Notes: generated by a model not told the origin, from the sequence alone. A stretch of DNA of 64,000 nucleotides from a virus (IMGVR_UViG_3300006919_000045:1-64000), one strand, 5' to 3'; positions 27,702 to 38,408 are shown, counted from the first letter of the stretch. Program-made: numbers and translations.

Positions 27702-30011
27702 TTATGTGAGAGTAAAATATTTTAAAATGCCGTTTAATTCGGCGTTGCTTGTGAGTCTCCAATCAAAGTTTTGTGTATAAATTTCTTTTGGGTTAACTCG
27801 ATTTGTGAAAGAACAAGACGCCATATTGAAGTCAAGTCCGTAAAATATATTGGATATTGTTTTGCCTACTTTTATTCTTAGCGGTGCTTCTTTATCAAAG
27901 TTTATTAATGTTGACTCATCTCCTGTTGCAACATACTTTGTAATTGATCCTGCAAAAATTCTTTTGTTTAAAACAAAATTAGAAGGATACATCGCGTTTC
28001 CTTTATCTACAACTTTTATTGCTTGATTCATTGTTTCATAAGGAACCCACTTTATATCATTCTGTATTTCTGCTTGAATATCTGCTATAAGTAAACTAAT
28101 ATCCCTACCATTGAGAATTATTTTAACTCCCGGAATAAACGGAGTTCTTACTGTGCTAGGAATGACGTCTATTCCAGGGATTGTGTAACTCTCGTCGCCT
28201 ACTCTCTGTAATAATGCGCCTTGTCCTGAGACACCTAACTTTAAAATAGAATTTCGTCCTATCTCAAAGTTTCCATTTGTAAATATCGCTCTGTCAATTT
28301 TAAAAGTCGCATGACTAGTTTGAAAATATAAATCACAAAATCTTGGGTTTATTAAGTTATCAAATAATATTTGAGCATCATTTTGTAATAATAAATTAGC
28401 TCTAAACTCAAAATCTGCCGGATTTGCTTTTACAATGGAGGACGACTCAAAATGTTGAGTATTATGTAGAGTATTTGAAGAAGTTGATTTTTCTGAAAAT
28501 GTTTGACTAAAATCAAAATCTCCATCTAACTTTATCTCATAGTTTGAGCCATCTTGATATAAAAATAGTTTTGTTTCCCGCATATAGTTAATGTCTGTTG
28601 CGGGTCCTTCACTAAGTGGAGGATTACTTCCTCCGCCGGTAGCGTTGAGTACAATATTTATAGGAAATCTAAGGTCAGTTGCGAAGGGTAAGGTAGGTGG
28701 CACAAAAATAGGAGTATTCAGTCCTTCTTTTGTTCCGAGACCAATTGCATGTTTTCCACTTAATCCATTTGGTACTGTGAATTTAAAAGATGCCTGCCAC
28801 CGTTCTCCTCTATCTGCATTTTGTACTGTAAGTACGCGATTAGTTGAATTATGATCTATATAATTTAAATCAAGTATGTCCTCAGGATCCCTATATTCTG
28901 TCTCAATTGCAACTGAAGGAAATGTTACAGAATTATTTGTTGTTGGATTCGGGGGCGTCAGAGTAGGAAACGGAACAGTTCCAGTTGTAGGATTTAGAAA
29001 TACTATAGTTGGATCATCAGGTTGTAGTAATCCTCCTACAGTTGCTGAATTAATTGTATTATTAAGAGAAGATATAAGATAAACTTCATCTTCTCCTCCA
29101 ATTAAAGTTAGACTATCATTTACTTGTACAGTAAGTACTAACTCATCTCCTACTTCTGCATCTAAAATTGAAAAAACATTTCGTCCTCCTTGAGCAACGT
29201 ATCCTAAAGCGGAAGATATTACTTGCCTTCCTTTTGTTGCATTTTTAAGTTTTGCCCATATTCGTCCAGGGAATATATCAGTAGTATTTATTAAACTCGT
29301 AGGAAAGGTAGGCTCTGTTGGGGGAACTGGATCTGTTGGGTTTGAAAGTACTGTTTCAACATTTATGGGTATTTTTACCGTCATAATTGTAGAAGCAGAA
29401 GCAGGCACGGTAATCGGGTTTGGGTGACCTCCTGATACTTTTACATGAAGCGCATTAAAATTTTCGCTATTTATAGTAAATTTTATTCCAAACTGAAAGC
29501 GATCTGCACTATCCGCATTTTGAAGTTCTAATGCTTGGTACTCCTCTGTATCCCACCCTGACAAGGAATTATCTCCTATAGGAATATACCCCGTGTGATT
29601 TTCTATAGGATCAGTGCCAAGCATATATAAAAGGGTTAAAAATTGATTTGAAAGAGGAGAAGAAGGCTGGGGGTTTTCAGAAGCGAACTTATTTAAATAT
29701 AAAATATTTGCATCATCTATAAGTCCTCCTATTGTTGCATATACTGGCTCATCTGACTCTGCTTTTAAAAAAAGCATATCATTGCCACCCGTAGTTTCGT
29801 CTCTACCTTCAAACGTAACTATTATCTCGTCTCCGACGGCTGCTTCAAGAACGGAATAGTTTCCTACCCATGGATTTGTAGTATCAGCTCCTGCCTGAAT
29901 ACCGTCTGCAATTACCTGAGTATTTTTAGTAAGATTTCTAACCAAAACTTGATATGTCCCTCCGCTGACTCCGGATTGACTTAGAAATGTGGTTTCAAAA
30001 TCTGTTGTCAT
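27702..30011 (-). CDS. Minor tail/baseplate tube protein (T5 p140-like) with duplicated N-terminal domains
   Basis: The C-terminal ~300 aa have FSQTF..TLH...ANPADFEF and IQNDIKW; synteny after the major tail gene. Confidence 0.75.
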   Translation of the reverse strand: MTTDFETTFLSQSGVSGGTYQVLVRNLTKNTQVIADGIQAGADTTNPWVGNYSVLEAAVGDEIIVTFEGRDETTGGNDMLFLKAESDEPVYATIGGLIDDANILYLNKFASENPQPSSPLSNQFLTLLYMLGTDPIENHTGYIPIGDNSLSGWDTEEYQALELQNADSADRFQFGIKFTINSENFNALHVKVSGGHPNPITVPASASTIMTVKIPINVETVLSNPTDPVPPTEPTFPTSLINTTDIFPGRIWAKLKNATKGRQVISSALGYVAQGGRNVFSILDAEVGDELVLTVQVNDSLTLIGGEDEVYLISSLNNTINSATVGGLLQPDDPTIVFLNPTTGTVPFPTLTPPNPTTNNSVTFPSVAIETEYRDPEDILDLNYIDHNSTNRVLTVQNADRGERWQASFKFTVPNGLSGKHAIGLGTKEGLNTPIFVPPTLPFATDLRFPINIVLNATGGGSNPPLSEGPATDINYMRETKLFLYQDGSNYEIKLDGDFDFSQTFSEKSTSSNTLHNTQHFESSSIVKANPADFEFRANLLLQNDAQILFDNLINPRFCDLYFQTSHATFKIDRAIFTNGNFEIGRNSILKLGVSGQGALLQRVGDESYTIPGIDVIPSTVRTPFIPGVKIILNGRDISLLIADIQAEIQNDIKWVPYETMNQAIKVVDKGNAMYPSNFVLNKRIFAGSITKYVATGDESTLINFDKEAPLRIKVGKTISNIFYGLDFNMASCSFTNRVNPKEIYTQNFDWRLTSNAELNGILKYFTLT

Positions 30012-30035
30012 TTATTTTGCTCCTTGGTACAGCCT

Positions 30036-30064
30036 ATGATACTTCAGTTGAACTATTTTGTCAA
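30036..30064 (-). promoter_or_regulatory. Sigma70-type promoter
   Basis: TTGACA-17-TATCAT. Confidence 0.75.
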
Positions 30065-30086
30065 GAAATTTTTTTCTGTCGGTGAT

Positions 30087-30112
30087 AAAGAAAAACCCGC
30101 CGAAGCGGGTTT
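30087..30112 (-). terminator. Intrinsic terminator after the major tail gene
   Basis: AAACCCGC-TTCG-GCGGGTTT followed by a T tract. Confidence 0.9.
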
Positions 30113-30129
30113 GTCGTCTAAAATAATTA

Positions 30130-32013
30130 TTAGAGTGCAATACCAAAGTACTCAAGTTGTACCTCATTAGCAACGTTAAAGTCATCTGTGTAAGAAGCAA
30201 ACGTAGTTTCAAGAGAAATTACATCTTCAATTGAGTGCGTAGGAACGTTGATGTGTACTTTCGGGAACTTAACATTTAGACGGGGAGTATTTGCTACCGT
30301 ACCGCCTACTGAGAATATTGTCTCGAAGTTGTTTACAACTTTTTCGAGACCTTTACCTGCTCCACTTGTAGTCATATCATTAAAGAGTTCTACAGAACTA
30401 CCGTTATTTCCAGTTGAATCATCCAGAGTCAAGTAACAAGTAAAGCTTCCAGAAGCTGATCGAGTTCCTGTTACGTGCTCAATTGGAACGTTTACAGCAC
30501 CAAGTTCTTCTGGTACCAAGTATGAAATATTATTTGTAATTGTAATATTTCCTCCAGTAAGAGTAAGCTGATACTTACCATTTCCACCGACACCTGGGAA
30601 TGCTCCACGATCTGCGGCAGCTGCAGTAATGTCAAGCTGAGTCAATCGATTTCGAATGAAGGTCTTAGTAGAGCCTACACCATCATCGATTGCAAAAGCT
30701 GCGGCGGAAGCTCCAGTACATACTCCGAGCTTCAAGCCGTCATTGCTATCAAGTATTACGTCGCCTGCCGTTTTACCGCTAACCACTTTGCCTGACTGCA
30801 CTGTAACTGTGCTACCTGCAATACTTGAGCTTTGCATGTCAGCAATTTCAGCTGCAAAACCAGACCAGTTAATTGTAGCGATACCATCTACTTCAAAGTC
30901 AATCGATGCTTCGTTAAAAGCTGCTCCTAAGAGTTTATATACCATTGGATTTGCTGAGCTTGTTTCCATTACAAAGTAAAGATCACAAGTTCCAAGAGTT
31001 GATCGGTTTGATTGACCAAAGTTAATGCTTGCTTTACCTGAAGCTCCAGTACCGACGGGGCCTGCTACTGTAGGGCCAAAGGGAGAAGCAGGATCAGGCT
31101 GTGAATCACGGTAGAAAGTTGCGCCTTGATCTGTAAGACCTGTTACTGTAACTTGAAAAGCAGTACCACTTCCACCTAAAACGGTATTTTGAACTGTAAT
31201 TGTATCCGACGCTGCAAAGCCTGTACCTGCAGATCGAATAGTAGTTACTGTAACAGTTCCATTTGCGGCCGCTGTAAGTTCTAGTTCATATCCTACACCA
31301 TTACCGCTGGTTGTAGAATTTGCACTAGTAATTGAATAAGTTTTGCTAGCTGTACGACTTGTATTATTTGCTACATTGGTTGTTGCGATTCCACCAGTTA
31401 GCGTGGTTATAGATGAAACAGTTAGTACTCCTGCGGTTGATCCACCAATAAGACTGGTTGGAAGAGTAATTGTATTAGTTGCGGCGAAGCCTTCGCCTGC
31501 ATCAATAACTGTTACTGCAGTGATTGCATTACTAGATACAGTTACTTCAATTTCCCAACCTACAGCACCCGCGCCGTGAGTGCCTCCAATACCTGTGGTA
31601 TTATCATTTACAATATACGTGCCATTAGTCGCATCACTACTTGCAGTAGTAATAGCAATTTGTCCTTGTATAAGACCGCCAGCACCACTTACGCTATCTT
31701 TATACTTATCAGCACCCGCCATAACTGCCCAAAGGACTTCTTCTACAGCTCGATGCTCTTCCCCGTCTGTTGTCGTTTGAAAAGGACGCACATAAGTACT
31801 AAACGACCATTCTGCCGGAGCAAGAGAGTCGGTAAATACACGTTGTCCTCTTCGACTCAAACCATCAGTTCCTTGCATCTCTGAAAGACCAATTTCACTC
31901 TGGTTTGTAGACTGAGAGAAACTAAAGCCGTCGAGAATCGGAACTTCCCAGACTTTGTTATCAAAGCCTACGTATAGTTTCGAATCTCTACTAAAATATA
32001 ATTGTTCTGCCAT
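30130..32013 (-). CDS. Major tail tube protein (T5 pb6-like)
   Basis: ILDGFSFSQ, SLAPAEWSFSTYVRP, IDFEVDGIATINWSG and ITNNISYLVPEELG motifs; internal Thr/Gly-rich insert. Confidence 0.9.
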   Translation of the reverse strand: MAEQLYFSRDSKLYVGFDNKVWEVPILDGFSFSQSTNQSEIGLSEMQGTDGLSRRGQRVFTDSLAPAEWSFSTYVRPFQTTTDGEEHRAVEEVLWAVMAGADKYKDSVSGAGGLIQGQIAITTASSDATNGTYIVNDNTTGIGGTHGAGAVGWEIEVTVSSNAITAVTVIDAGEGFAATNTITLPTSLIGGSTAGVLTVSSITTLTGGIATTNVANNTSRTASKTYSITSANSTTSGNGVGYELELTAAANGTVTVTTIRSAGTGFAASDTITVQNTVLGGSGTAFQVTVTGLTDQGATFYRDSQPDPASPFGPTVAGPVGTGASGKASINFGQSNRSTLGTCDLYFVMETSSANPMVYKLLGAAFNEASIDFEVDGIATINWSGFAAEIADMQSSSIAGSTVTVQSGKVVSGKTAGDVILDSNDGLKLGVCTGASAAAFAIDDGVGSTKTFIRNRLTQLDITAAAADRGAFPGVGGNGKYQLTLTGGNITITNNISYLVPEELGAVNVPIEHVTGTRSASGSFTCYLTLDDSTGNNGSSVELFNDMTTSGAGKGLEKVVNNFETIFSVGGTVANTPRLNVKFPKVHINVPTHSIEDVISLETTFASYTDDFNVANEVQLEYFGIAL

Positions 32014-32073
32014 AAATTATCTCCTAGAGATTGAAAGGGCTAGGACGTGAACCTTTGTTCGTGCCTGCCGTTT

Positions 32074-32523
32074 CTAGTAATGAACCTGTACCAGCATTTC
32101 AGCAACGCCGAATGGTTCAAGAACACCTTCGTCAGTTTCAATACTGACTATTAAAATATCTAAGGTTTTTTGACTGTTTCCTTGCCTATCTGTATAGGCT
32201 AACTGCCCGTTTTCTTCGATAACAGTTTCTACATCTTCCAGTAATCTGTCAAGAGCTGCTGTAGCATCGGTTTCTTTTACATAGCAGCGAAGAGTGATAT
32301 TTAAGAATCTATCTTTGTAACCACCTCCTTGATACTCTCTTGTTTCAGACCCGGCATTCAAATGAATTGCAGGAAATGCATCGACTTCATCCCAGAACTT
32401 CAAGCGAGGATGTACATTATCAAATACATCAGTCAAAAAGTTCCCAGTTTGATTTATTTTCTTTAATTCAACAACTAGGGCTTCTACGATAGCGGACCTA
32501 CGTGTCGTATATAGTCTTGCCAC
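32074..32523 (-). CDS. Tail terminator protein (T5 p142-like)
   Basis: LKFWDEV..FP, ETREY and TDEGVL.P.G motifs; synteny. Confidence 0.85.
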   Translation of the reverse strand: MARLYTTRRSAIVEALVVELKKINQTGNFLTDVFDNVHPRLKFWDEVDAFPAIHLNAGSETREYQGGGYKDRFLNITLRCYVKETDATAALDRLLEDVETVIEENGQLAYTDRQGNSQKTLDILIVSIETDEGVLEPFGVAEMLVQVHY

Positions 32524-32525
32524 AG

Positions 32526-33887
32526 TTATACTCTCCTAGTAAAGAATCTTCCTATTGCGTACTCGGCTGCGATTTCTCGTATAGACAGATCGATTAATTT
32601 TCGAGGGTCTCGATCTGTACTGCCTTGACGATTGCCTACTTCGAATGTTTCGTATGGCCCTCTCATATAAGTATAGCCAATACTTGGAAACCCTTTACCC
32701 GTTGTTGCTATATCTGTAATTCTTGTTGATCTTGCAAATCGTCCTGTTCTAAATGCTAATCGAGGAGGCCCCATATTCTTTGCAACTACTTGAGGTAATT
32801 TACTATTTAGAGCTCCTATTAGCATTTCGAAAGGTTGAGACCCAACACCTTTTTTTGCAAATCTTGGAGCAGCTCCACTAGCTCTTTTATTTTTAAGACT
32901 TGGATTTTTAGTAGAAAAAGTATTGCTTCCTTTCTTTTTTCCTTTAGTATGAGTGCGAGACTCTTGAGGCTTTACATTTTCACGCTTTACTTTTGCTTTG
33001 GTTTTTTTAACAAAAGGATCAGTTGCTGCTTTTACTACTTTTTTTCGATGTTTTGTTTTAAAACTATCAGAGCCACCTAGTTCTACTAATACTGCACTTG
33101 GATCTGCTCTAAGTTTTTCTAATCCTTCGCGTACAAGATTTCTTAATTCTTTTTTTGCATCTTGAGCTTTTCTTCCCTCTTGAGCATTTAGTATTGAGGA
33201 ACCAACTCCTACTGACATGGTATCATTTTTAGAGTCTCGAATAACTTCTAAAACTCCTGCATCTTCTGTTTGTGTTTCTACCCACCGTTTAAAACTTGCA
33301 TGATCTATTTCAGTTTGTTCTTGTCGAGCGTTATCTATTATATCATATATGTAGTTTTCTATAACACCTTGGAATAAGGCATGAGATAAATTTACTATTT
33401 GTTTACCTTTTATTTCTTGTTTTTTGCCTCCAAGTACAATGGTGAGTTCTTCTGCAACTTCTGCCGCTAACTCTCCTATCTCTGTTTGGTATAAGCGATA
33501 GATTTTTCTATATACATCATTATCTTCAAAGTTGAAACCTACACTAAAAGATGTTACTTTATCCCAGTCTGGTTCTTTTACTACAGTTTCTGCGGGCAAA
33601 GCATTAATTTTATTTCTAATTTTTGTTACAAAACTTTGAACTTTTGTAGCAATTTCTTTATCAGTTATAAAACCTATCGGAGTTGTTGAAGGGTCGGCAT
33701 TTTTTAAGTCGTCAATATAATTTTTTACTAAAAAATCAGTTATTCCTTTAATAATCTTATCTACACTCATGCTAAAGTTATGAAACTTTCTATTTGCAAC
33801 TTGCCTTCTGTATAGTTTATTGCCCTTTTTCTTGGACATTTCAGCATCTAGCTTTGATAAAAAAACTATCTGATCAGCACGAGACAT
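32526..33887 (-). CDS. Tail completion/neck protein (T5 p143-like)
   Basis: C-terminal RTGRFA.S...YTY...PYETFE...RDPRKLI..SIREIA. Confidence 0.8.
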   Translation of the reverse strand: MSRADQIVFLSKLDAEMSKKKGNKLYRRQVANRKFHNFSMSVDKIIKGITDFLVKNYIDDLKNADPSTTPIGFITDKEIATKVQSFVTKIRNKINALPAETVVKEPDWDKVTSFSVGFNFEDNDVYRKIYRLYQTEIGELAAEVAEELTIVLGGKKQEIKGKQIVNLSHALFQGVIENYIYDIIDNARQEQTEIDHASFKRWVETQTEDAGVLEVIRDSKNDTMSVGVGSSILNAQEGRKAQDAKKELRNLVREGLEKLRADPSAVLVELGGSDSFKTKHRKKVVKAATDPFVKKTKAKVKRENVKPQESRTHTKGKKKGSNTFSTKNPSLKNKRASGAAPRFAKKGVGSQPFEMLIGALNSKLPQVVAKNMGPPRLAFRTGRFARSTRITDIATTGKGFPSIGYTYMRGPYETFEVGNRQGSTDRDPRKLIDLSIREIAAEYAIGRFFTRRV

Positions 33888-34459
33888 TAAAAGTTTTTGT
33901 ACATATCTAAAACTCGTTTGATGTGATCGGGGAAACCTTTTGTTTCACCGCTAGGTGCATTTTCCATGCTTGCACCTTGCAAAGTTCGTCGAGTTTTATG
34001 CTCATCTTTGAAATAGTAGTTGACTAAATCAATTACTGCTATTTGAAGATCATGAGGAGTGGCTGCATATCCGGCTGTGTAAATTACTTTTACGGAACCT
34101 GCGCCTTGAGGCCAATTTTGATAAGAGGATCCGGCAACGTACAGTACACTATCCGTGTTTTTGTCTAGATAATAATCTGTAGTTGGTACAGTAGTGTAAC
34201 TGGACGCTGCCGTATCCCTTTTTTCAACTGAAACGATCGCATTAACTGGGCTCTCTGTTAGCTGAATTACATGAGTACCCCAATTAATAGTAAATTCTTC
34301 TGTAAAATTTGTAGAATAGTAGTCAATAATACTATTTCCACAGTAAGTTTTTACCATTTGGCTCACAGAATCAATTATGCGAGAAAGCTTATAGTCATCC
34401 CTTGGATTCGTAATCTGCTCCGCATCTTTAAATTGCTGTAAAGTAATCAATAATGCCAT
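33887..34459 (-). CDS. Head-tail adaptor/head completion protein
   Basis: VKVIYTAGY..P.DLQIA and FPDHIKRVLDMY motifs; follows the capsid gene. Confidence 0.85.
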   Translation of the reverse strand: MALLITLQQFKDAEQITNPRDDYKLSRIIDSVSQMVKTYCGNSIIDYYSTNFTEEFTINWGTHVIQLTESPVNAIVSVEKRDTAASSYTTVPTTDYYLDKNTDSVLYVAGSSYQNWPQGAGSVKVIYTAGYAATPHDLQIAVIDLVNYYFKDEHKTRRTLQGASMENAPSGETKGFPDHIKRVLDMYKNF

Positions 34460-34471
34460 AAGTCAAATGAT

Positions 34472-34502
34472 AAAAACTTGGGGAGGCGAACCTCCCCAGT
34501 TT
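34472..34502 (-). terminator. Intrinsic terminator after the capsid gene
   Basis: TGGGGAGG-TTCG-CCTCCCCA-type stem followed by a T tract. Confidence 0.85.
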
Positions 34503-34514
34503 GCAAGGCTAATA

Positions 34515-36524
34515 TTAAGCCTGGAATACTACTTTAACACAAGGCTGATCAGTACCAGAGGCAGCGAACATCTCGTGGAAACCAAGTGACTGAGTAGCAA
34601 CGATCAGCTGACGCTGTCGAGCAATCTCATAGTCCTGCTCTACGGTTACACCGCGGAGGCGAGGAATCACATAGTTAGCAACATTCACAGCATATGCAAC
34701 ACTGTTACCAGCAGATTCTGCTTCTACATGGTCTGTAAGAACTACGGGCGAGCCGTATACAGCACCAATGCTACCAGTGATCTTGGTTGCAATATTTGAA
34801 CCAACATCAGTGATGTCTGCAAAACCTGGATCTGCAATCAGATCGTAGTAACGGTTCATGCCTACGACGTAGACTACGTCTGCAGGGTCGAGACCATACT
34901 TACCCATTGAGCGACGAGCGCCAAGAAGCAGACCTGAAGACAGGGTAGCTGAGTCAATGTCGTTACCTGTGGCACCGAGAGTAGCGCCGTCAAGGTCAAG
35001 CTCACCATAGTTAGAAGCTTGAGCTGCACCTTCCAAGCCAGTAATGGCAGGAGAAGATTCTCCAAGTACGACCATCTTATCTACTGCTTTTGCGTGAGCA
35101 CGTGCAACACCTTCGGTCAACATAGGAAGAAGATTTACGAGAACTTCTTCGTCAATGTGGTTGTCCATGAAAGTGGTTGAAATTAATCGATGTGCTTGCA
35201 TTACTGCTTGTGTAACAGCATATGTACCTGCAGTACCACCGGCAGCAGAAAGACCTGTACCAGCACCTGAGTTAGCAGTACCACCTACACCCAGCTCACT
35301 CTCACCGCCCGTGTGGAAAACAGCAGTGCTAGTATCTTTTTGCAGGGGTAGAACCATAGATTGAGAGTTCATTTGAATCTCGCGGAAAAGTTGAGCTACT
35401 TTATACTGGAACTGTACTTCTTTCTCGATCTGCGTTGAAACAGTCAAGGAAAGCAAGTTATCCGTAGCGCCTGTAATAGCACCCGTGGGGTAGCTAATAC
35501 CTGCTTTTTGGAATACATTTCGAGCATAGTTAGTATCAAAACCTTTTTGCGTATAAACACCCAGCATGTGAGCATACATGAGGTCTTTTGCATAAGCGTC
35601 AACATTTCCTGAATCACGATCAGAGAATACACGCTTAGACTCACGCATTGCATCAAGCTCTTCTTGCTTCTCTTTAAGGACTTCGGCGTGCTCTGCTACA
35701 ATCTTATTCAGATCAGCATCCTTCTCTTGCATCTTGGCTTCCATATCAGACATGAGGCGATCAGCACCGGATTCAACACCGACTTTGATTGCTGCCTGTA
35801 CTTCTTCTTCCTGCTGAGCTTTAGCTTCAGCGGCTTTAGCCATTTTTTGTTGTTCTTGAGCTACAGCTTGCTCAGCTGCGGCTTTTTCTTCGGCCTGACG
35901 AATTGCAATCTTAGCAGCAGTCTCTTCCGCTACCTTCTTAGCAAAAGCATCTAGGTCGATTTCGGGAGTTTTAGTTTCTTCCGACATTTCTTTCTCCATT
36001 GAAGAGGAATCTTCCTCGCTTTTAAAAGTTTTCTTGAAGTCCTCATAATCCTGCTCAGAATCGAAAGACTTCGCCAGAGAGAATGTAGCTGCTTGATTAC
36101 AAGGTACCGATACCACTGATACCTCAAACAACTCAGCATCCTTTATTTTTAATCCGTCGGTTTCTTCAAGGTAATCAGCATCCTTGACTTTGAAACCGAC
36201 AGAAAACGCTCCAAGGATACCTTCTTTAACAAGTTGAGCAACAGAATCAGGAGCTGATTTTGAAATTTTTGCTTTCATTTCTAGTCCATTTTCTGTAACT
36301 TTTAACCCAGTGGCTCGGCCAATGGGTTTGTTATAATCATGATTGAACAAAATAATTGGATTTTTCTCAAAATTACTTAGTCCGCCTTTTGTCCAGGCTT
36401 CGGGTACAATTGTATCTCCTGCCCGATCAAAGTCTTTTGTACTAGCCATTCCAGTAATGGTGACGCATCCGTCATCATCCTCGAGAGCTTTGAACGTAGA
36501 AGTTAGGTTAAAAATCTTATTCAT
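34515..36524 (-). CDS. Prohead protease - scaffold - HK97-fold major capsid fusion
   Basis: N-terminal HK97-type protease (ILFNH...PIG, AFSVGF, ELFEVSVVSVPCN), a coiled-coil delta region, then the capsid domain. Confidence 0.9.
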   Translation of the reverse strand: MNKIFNLTSTFKALEDDDGCVTITGMASTKDFDRAGDTIVPEAWTKGGLSNFEKNPIILFNHDYNKPIGRATGLKVTENGLEMKAKISKSAPDSVAQLVKEGILGAFSVGFKVKDADYLEETDGLKIKDAELFEVSVVSVPCNQAATFSLAKSFDSEQDYEDFKKTFKSEEDSSSMEKEMSEETKTPEIDLDAFAKKVAEETAAKIAIRQAEEKAAAEQAVAQEQQKMAKAAEAKAQQEEEVQAAIKVGVESGADRLMSDMEAKMQEKDADLNKIVAEHAEVLKEKQEELDAMRESKRVFSDRDSGNVDAYAKDLMYAHMLGVYTQKGFDTNYARNVFQKAGISYPTGAITGATDNLLSLTVSTQIEKEVQFQYKVAQLFREIQMNSQSMVLPLQKDTSTAVFHTGGESELGVGGTANSGAGTGLSAAGGTAGTYAVTQAVMQAHRLISTTFMDNHIDEEVLVNLLPMLTEGVARAHAKAVDKMVVLGESSPAITGLEGAAQASNYGELDLDGATLGATGNDIDSATLSSGLLLGARRSMGKYGLDPADVVYVVGMNRYYDLIADPGFADITDVGSNIATKITGSIGAVYGSPVVLTDHVEAESAGNSVAYAVNVANYVIPRLRGVTVEQDYEIARQRQLIVATQSLGFHEMFAASGTDQPCVKVVFQA

Positions 36525-36829
36525 TTATCTTTACTCTTTACTTCTGCTTTAGGTGCAGCTTGGCTCAGTTTCTCTAAAGGATCTGCTTTGGGAGCAGCTT
36601 TAGGTGCCGGAGCCGGCTTCTTCTTGAAAATTTCTGGAGCAGCCTGTACAACAGAGAGTACTGCTGTTTTCCAATTGTAGTAAGATTTTTGAATCTCTAT
36701 TGGAAGAACAGGCCTGTCAACAATACCACAGTAACTTTTGTAGTCAATGTCACGTGGTAGTTCCCAATCTCTAAATTGGGGGACTAATTTAGCAGTAACT
36801 TGACGTCGCATTCTATTTCTGGATGCCAT
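36521..36829 (-). CDS. Hypothetical head-region protein with a PAPKA-rich tail
   Basis: Translationally coupled between portal and protease. Confidence 0.65.
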   Translation of the reverse strand: MASRNRMRRQVTAKLVPQFRDWELPRDIDYKSYCGIVDRPVLPIEIQKSYYNWKTAVLSVVQAAPEIFKKKPAPAPKAAPKADPLEKLSQAAPKAEVKSKDK

Positions 36830-38031
36830 TAATCTTCCTCTTGCTCTACTGGTCGACCGCCTTGTGCGGGGTCAACCGCGCTGCCTGCAATATTAGCAGG
36901 GATTCTAATTTCATCTGCATCGGGCAGCTCATCAAAATTCATAGCTGTACGTGCTTCATTTGGCGTAATGATTCCTGCATTTACGAGAGAAGTATAAAAA
37001 GTTGCTTGATCTCGTAGCTCAGGCTGCAGTGCAGGAATGTTTGTAATATCTTCGTTAATTACAAATCCAAAGAATCTGGAGTATGCTGCATTTACTTTTC
37101 TTACAATCGGTAAAATAGTTTCTAAATAGTACATTCGCATATTTGGTCGAATGTTTGCATTGTTTCCAGAATCTAACATTATTGGGGGAACTCCAAGAGC
37201 TTTCAAAATAATTTTTTCGTTTTCTTCAATTGCTGCTTGAAAGTCAAGTTCCTTGAAATTTATATTTGAAATTTCGTCTACTTCTAGTCCACCATCTAGA
37301 ATAAGTGGTCTCCTACCTCCTGCGTCCGGTCTATATCGTAAAGACCAAGACTGAATCATTCTTTCTTTAATCTTTTCTGAGAGGGTATTCGGAGACTTTA
37401 GTACAAGTCCGGGAACTGCTCCATTCTTAAAGAAGTTATCTTGAAAATCTCTCATGCTTCTCATGAGATTCATTGTTCGAAGTGCCGGCTTTAGTCTAGA
37501 CACTCCTCTATAAATGGAGTAAAATGAATTGTCTTTTATGTGAATAATCTCATTAGGAGAAAAACGCTCTTCTGAAGCTTCGAATTTATAGTGATCCACA
37601 TAAGTTGTTTTGCTTGCATGAATTGACATTTTACTTGCAGGCATATGGTACACATGGGCACCATCAAAATATATAAAAATGTTTCCGTCTAGGATGTAGT
37701 CTGTGAATAAGTTTCGTCTAAAAGAAGAAATATCCTGAAAAGGATTTGGCTCTCTATTAAGTAAAATTGAAACTTTGCTAGCTTTAGTGCCTTTTACGAT
37801 TCCAGGATAGCTACCTAGAGGTTGAACGATTGTGTCTATCTCTGCACAATCATCCACAATTAAATTTACGCCTCTGTTTACAATTTCGAGCTCTTCGTAG
37901 GCTCTCTCATAATTAAAAGTAAACTCGCGTGAGCGTTCGGAAGTTTTATCATAGTATGGCTGAATCGGATTTAGTTTTTCTTCTAAATCTTCATCTTTCT
38001 TTTCGCCAAAAATGTTATTATACCATGCCAT
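36829..38031 (-). CDS. Portal protein (HK97 family)
   Basis: LLNREPNPFQ, LDGN, EIIHIKD, FFKNGAVP and IITPNEAR motifs. Confidence 0.95.
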   Translation of the reverse strand: MAWYNNIFGEKKDEDLEEKLNPIQPYYDKTSERSREFTFNYERAYEELEIVNRGVNLIVDDCAEIDTIVQPLGSYPGIVKGTKASKVSILLNREPNPFQDISSFRRNLFTDYILDGNIFIYFDGAHVYHMPASKMSIHASKTTYVDHYKFEASEERFSPNEIIHIKDNSFYSIYRGVSRLKPALRTMNLMRSMRDFQDNFFKNGAVPGLVLKSPNTLSEKIKERMIQSWSLRYRPDAGGRRPLILDGGLEVDEISNINFKELDFQAAIEENEKIILKALGVPPIMLDSGNNANIRPNMRMYYLETILPIVRKVNAAYSRFFGFVINEDITNIPALQPELRDQATFYTSLVNAGIITPNEARTAMNFDELPDADEIRIPANIAGSAVDPAQGGRPVEQEED

Positions 38032-38401
38032 GCTTTTCTCTTTGAATGTCTACCCAGCGCATTTGTTTTGTCGCTGTTCCTAGTCCAGGATTTCTTCCAT
38101 AAACTTTATGTAATTCCATGTGGTGTGCATGACAGATAGTAACGGTATGGTCATAGAGTTCTGCCCAGTTATCTTCTATAAATTCATCTCTCCAAATGAC
38201 AATATACTCATTAGTATAATGTTCTGGACGTTCTTTTGTTTTTACTTTTAGCCACTGTCTAAGTAGGGGAGCTAAAGAATAAAAATGATGAAAATCTAAC
38301 TGAGAGTCCGTTCCGCAGATGTAACATTCACTTTCTTTTTCGTATTTTGATTTCGCTCGATCCCTTATGTATTTCACTGGATCTCTTTTGAGCTTTTTCA
38401 T
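38018..38401 (-). CDS. HNH nicking endonuclease (T5-like, between TerL and portal)
   Basis: CYICG...LDFHH...TICHAHH..LH..YG; start revised to ATG 38401. Confidence 0.85.
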   Translation of the reverse strand: MKKLKRDPVKYIRDRAKSKYEKESECYICGTDSQLDFHHFYSLAPLLRQWLKVKTKERPEHYTNEYIVIWRDEFIEDNWAELYDHTVTICHAHHMELHKVYGRNPGLGTATKQMRWVDIQREKHGMV

Positions 38402-38408
38402 ACTTTGC

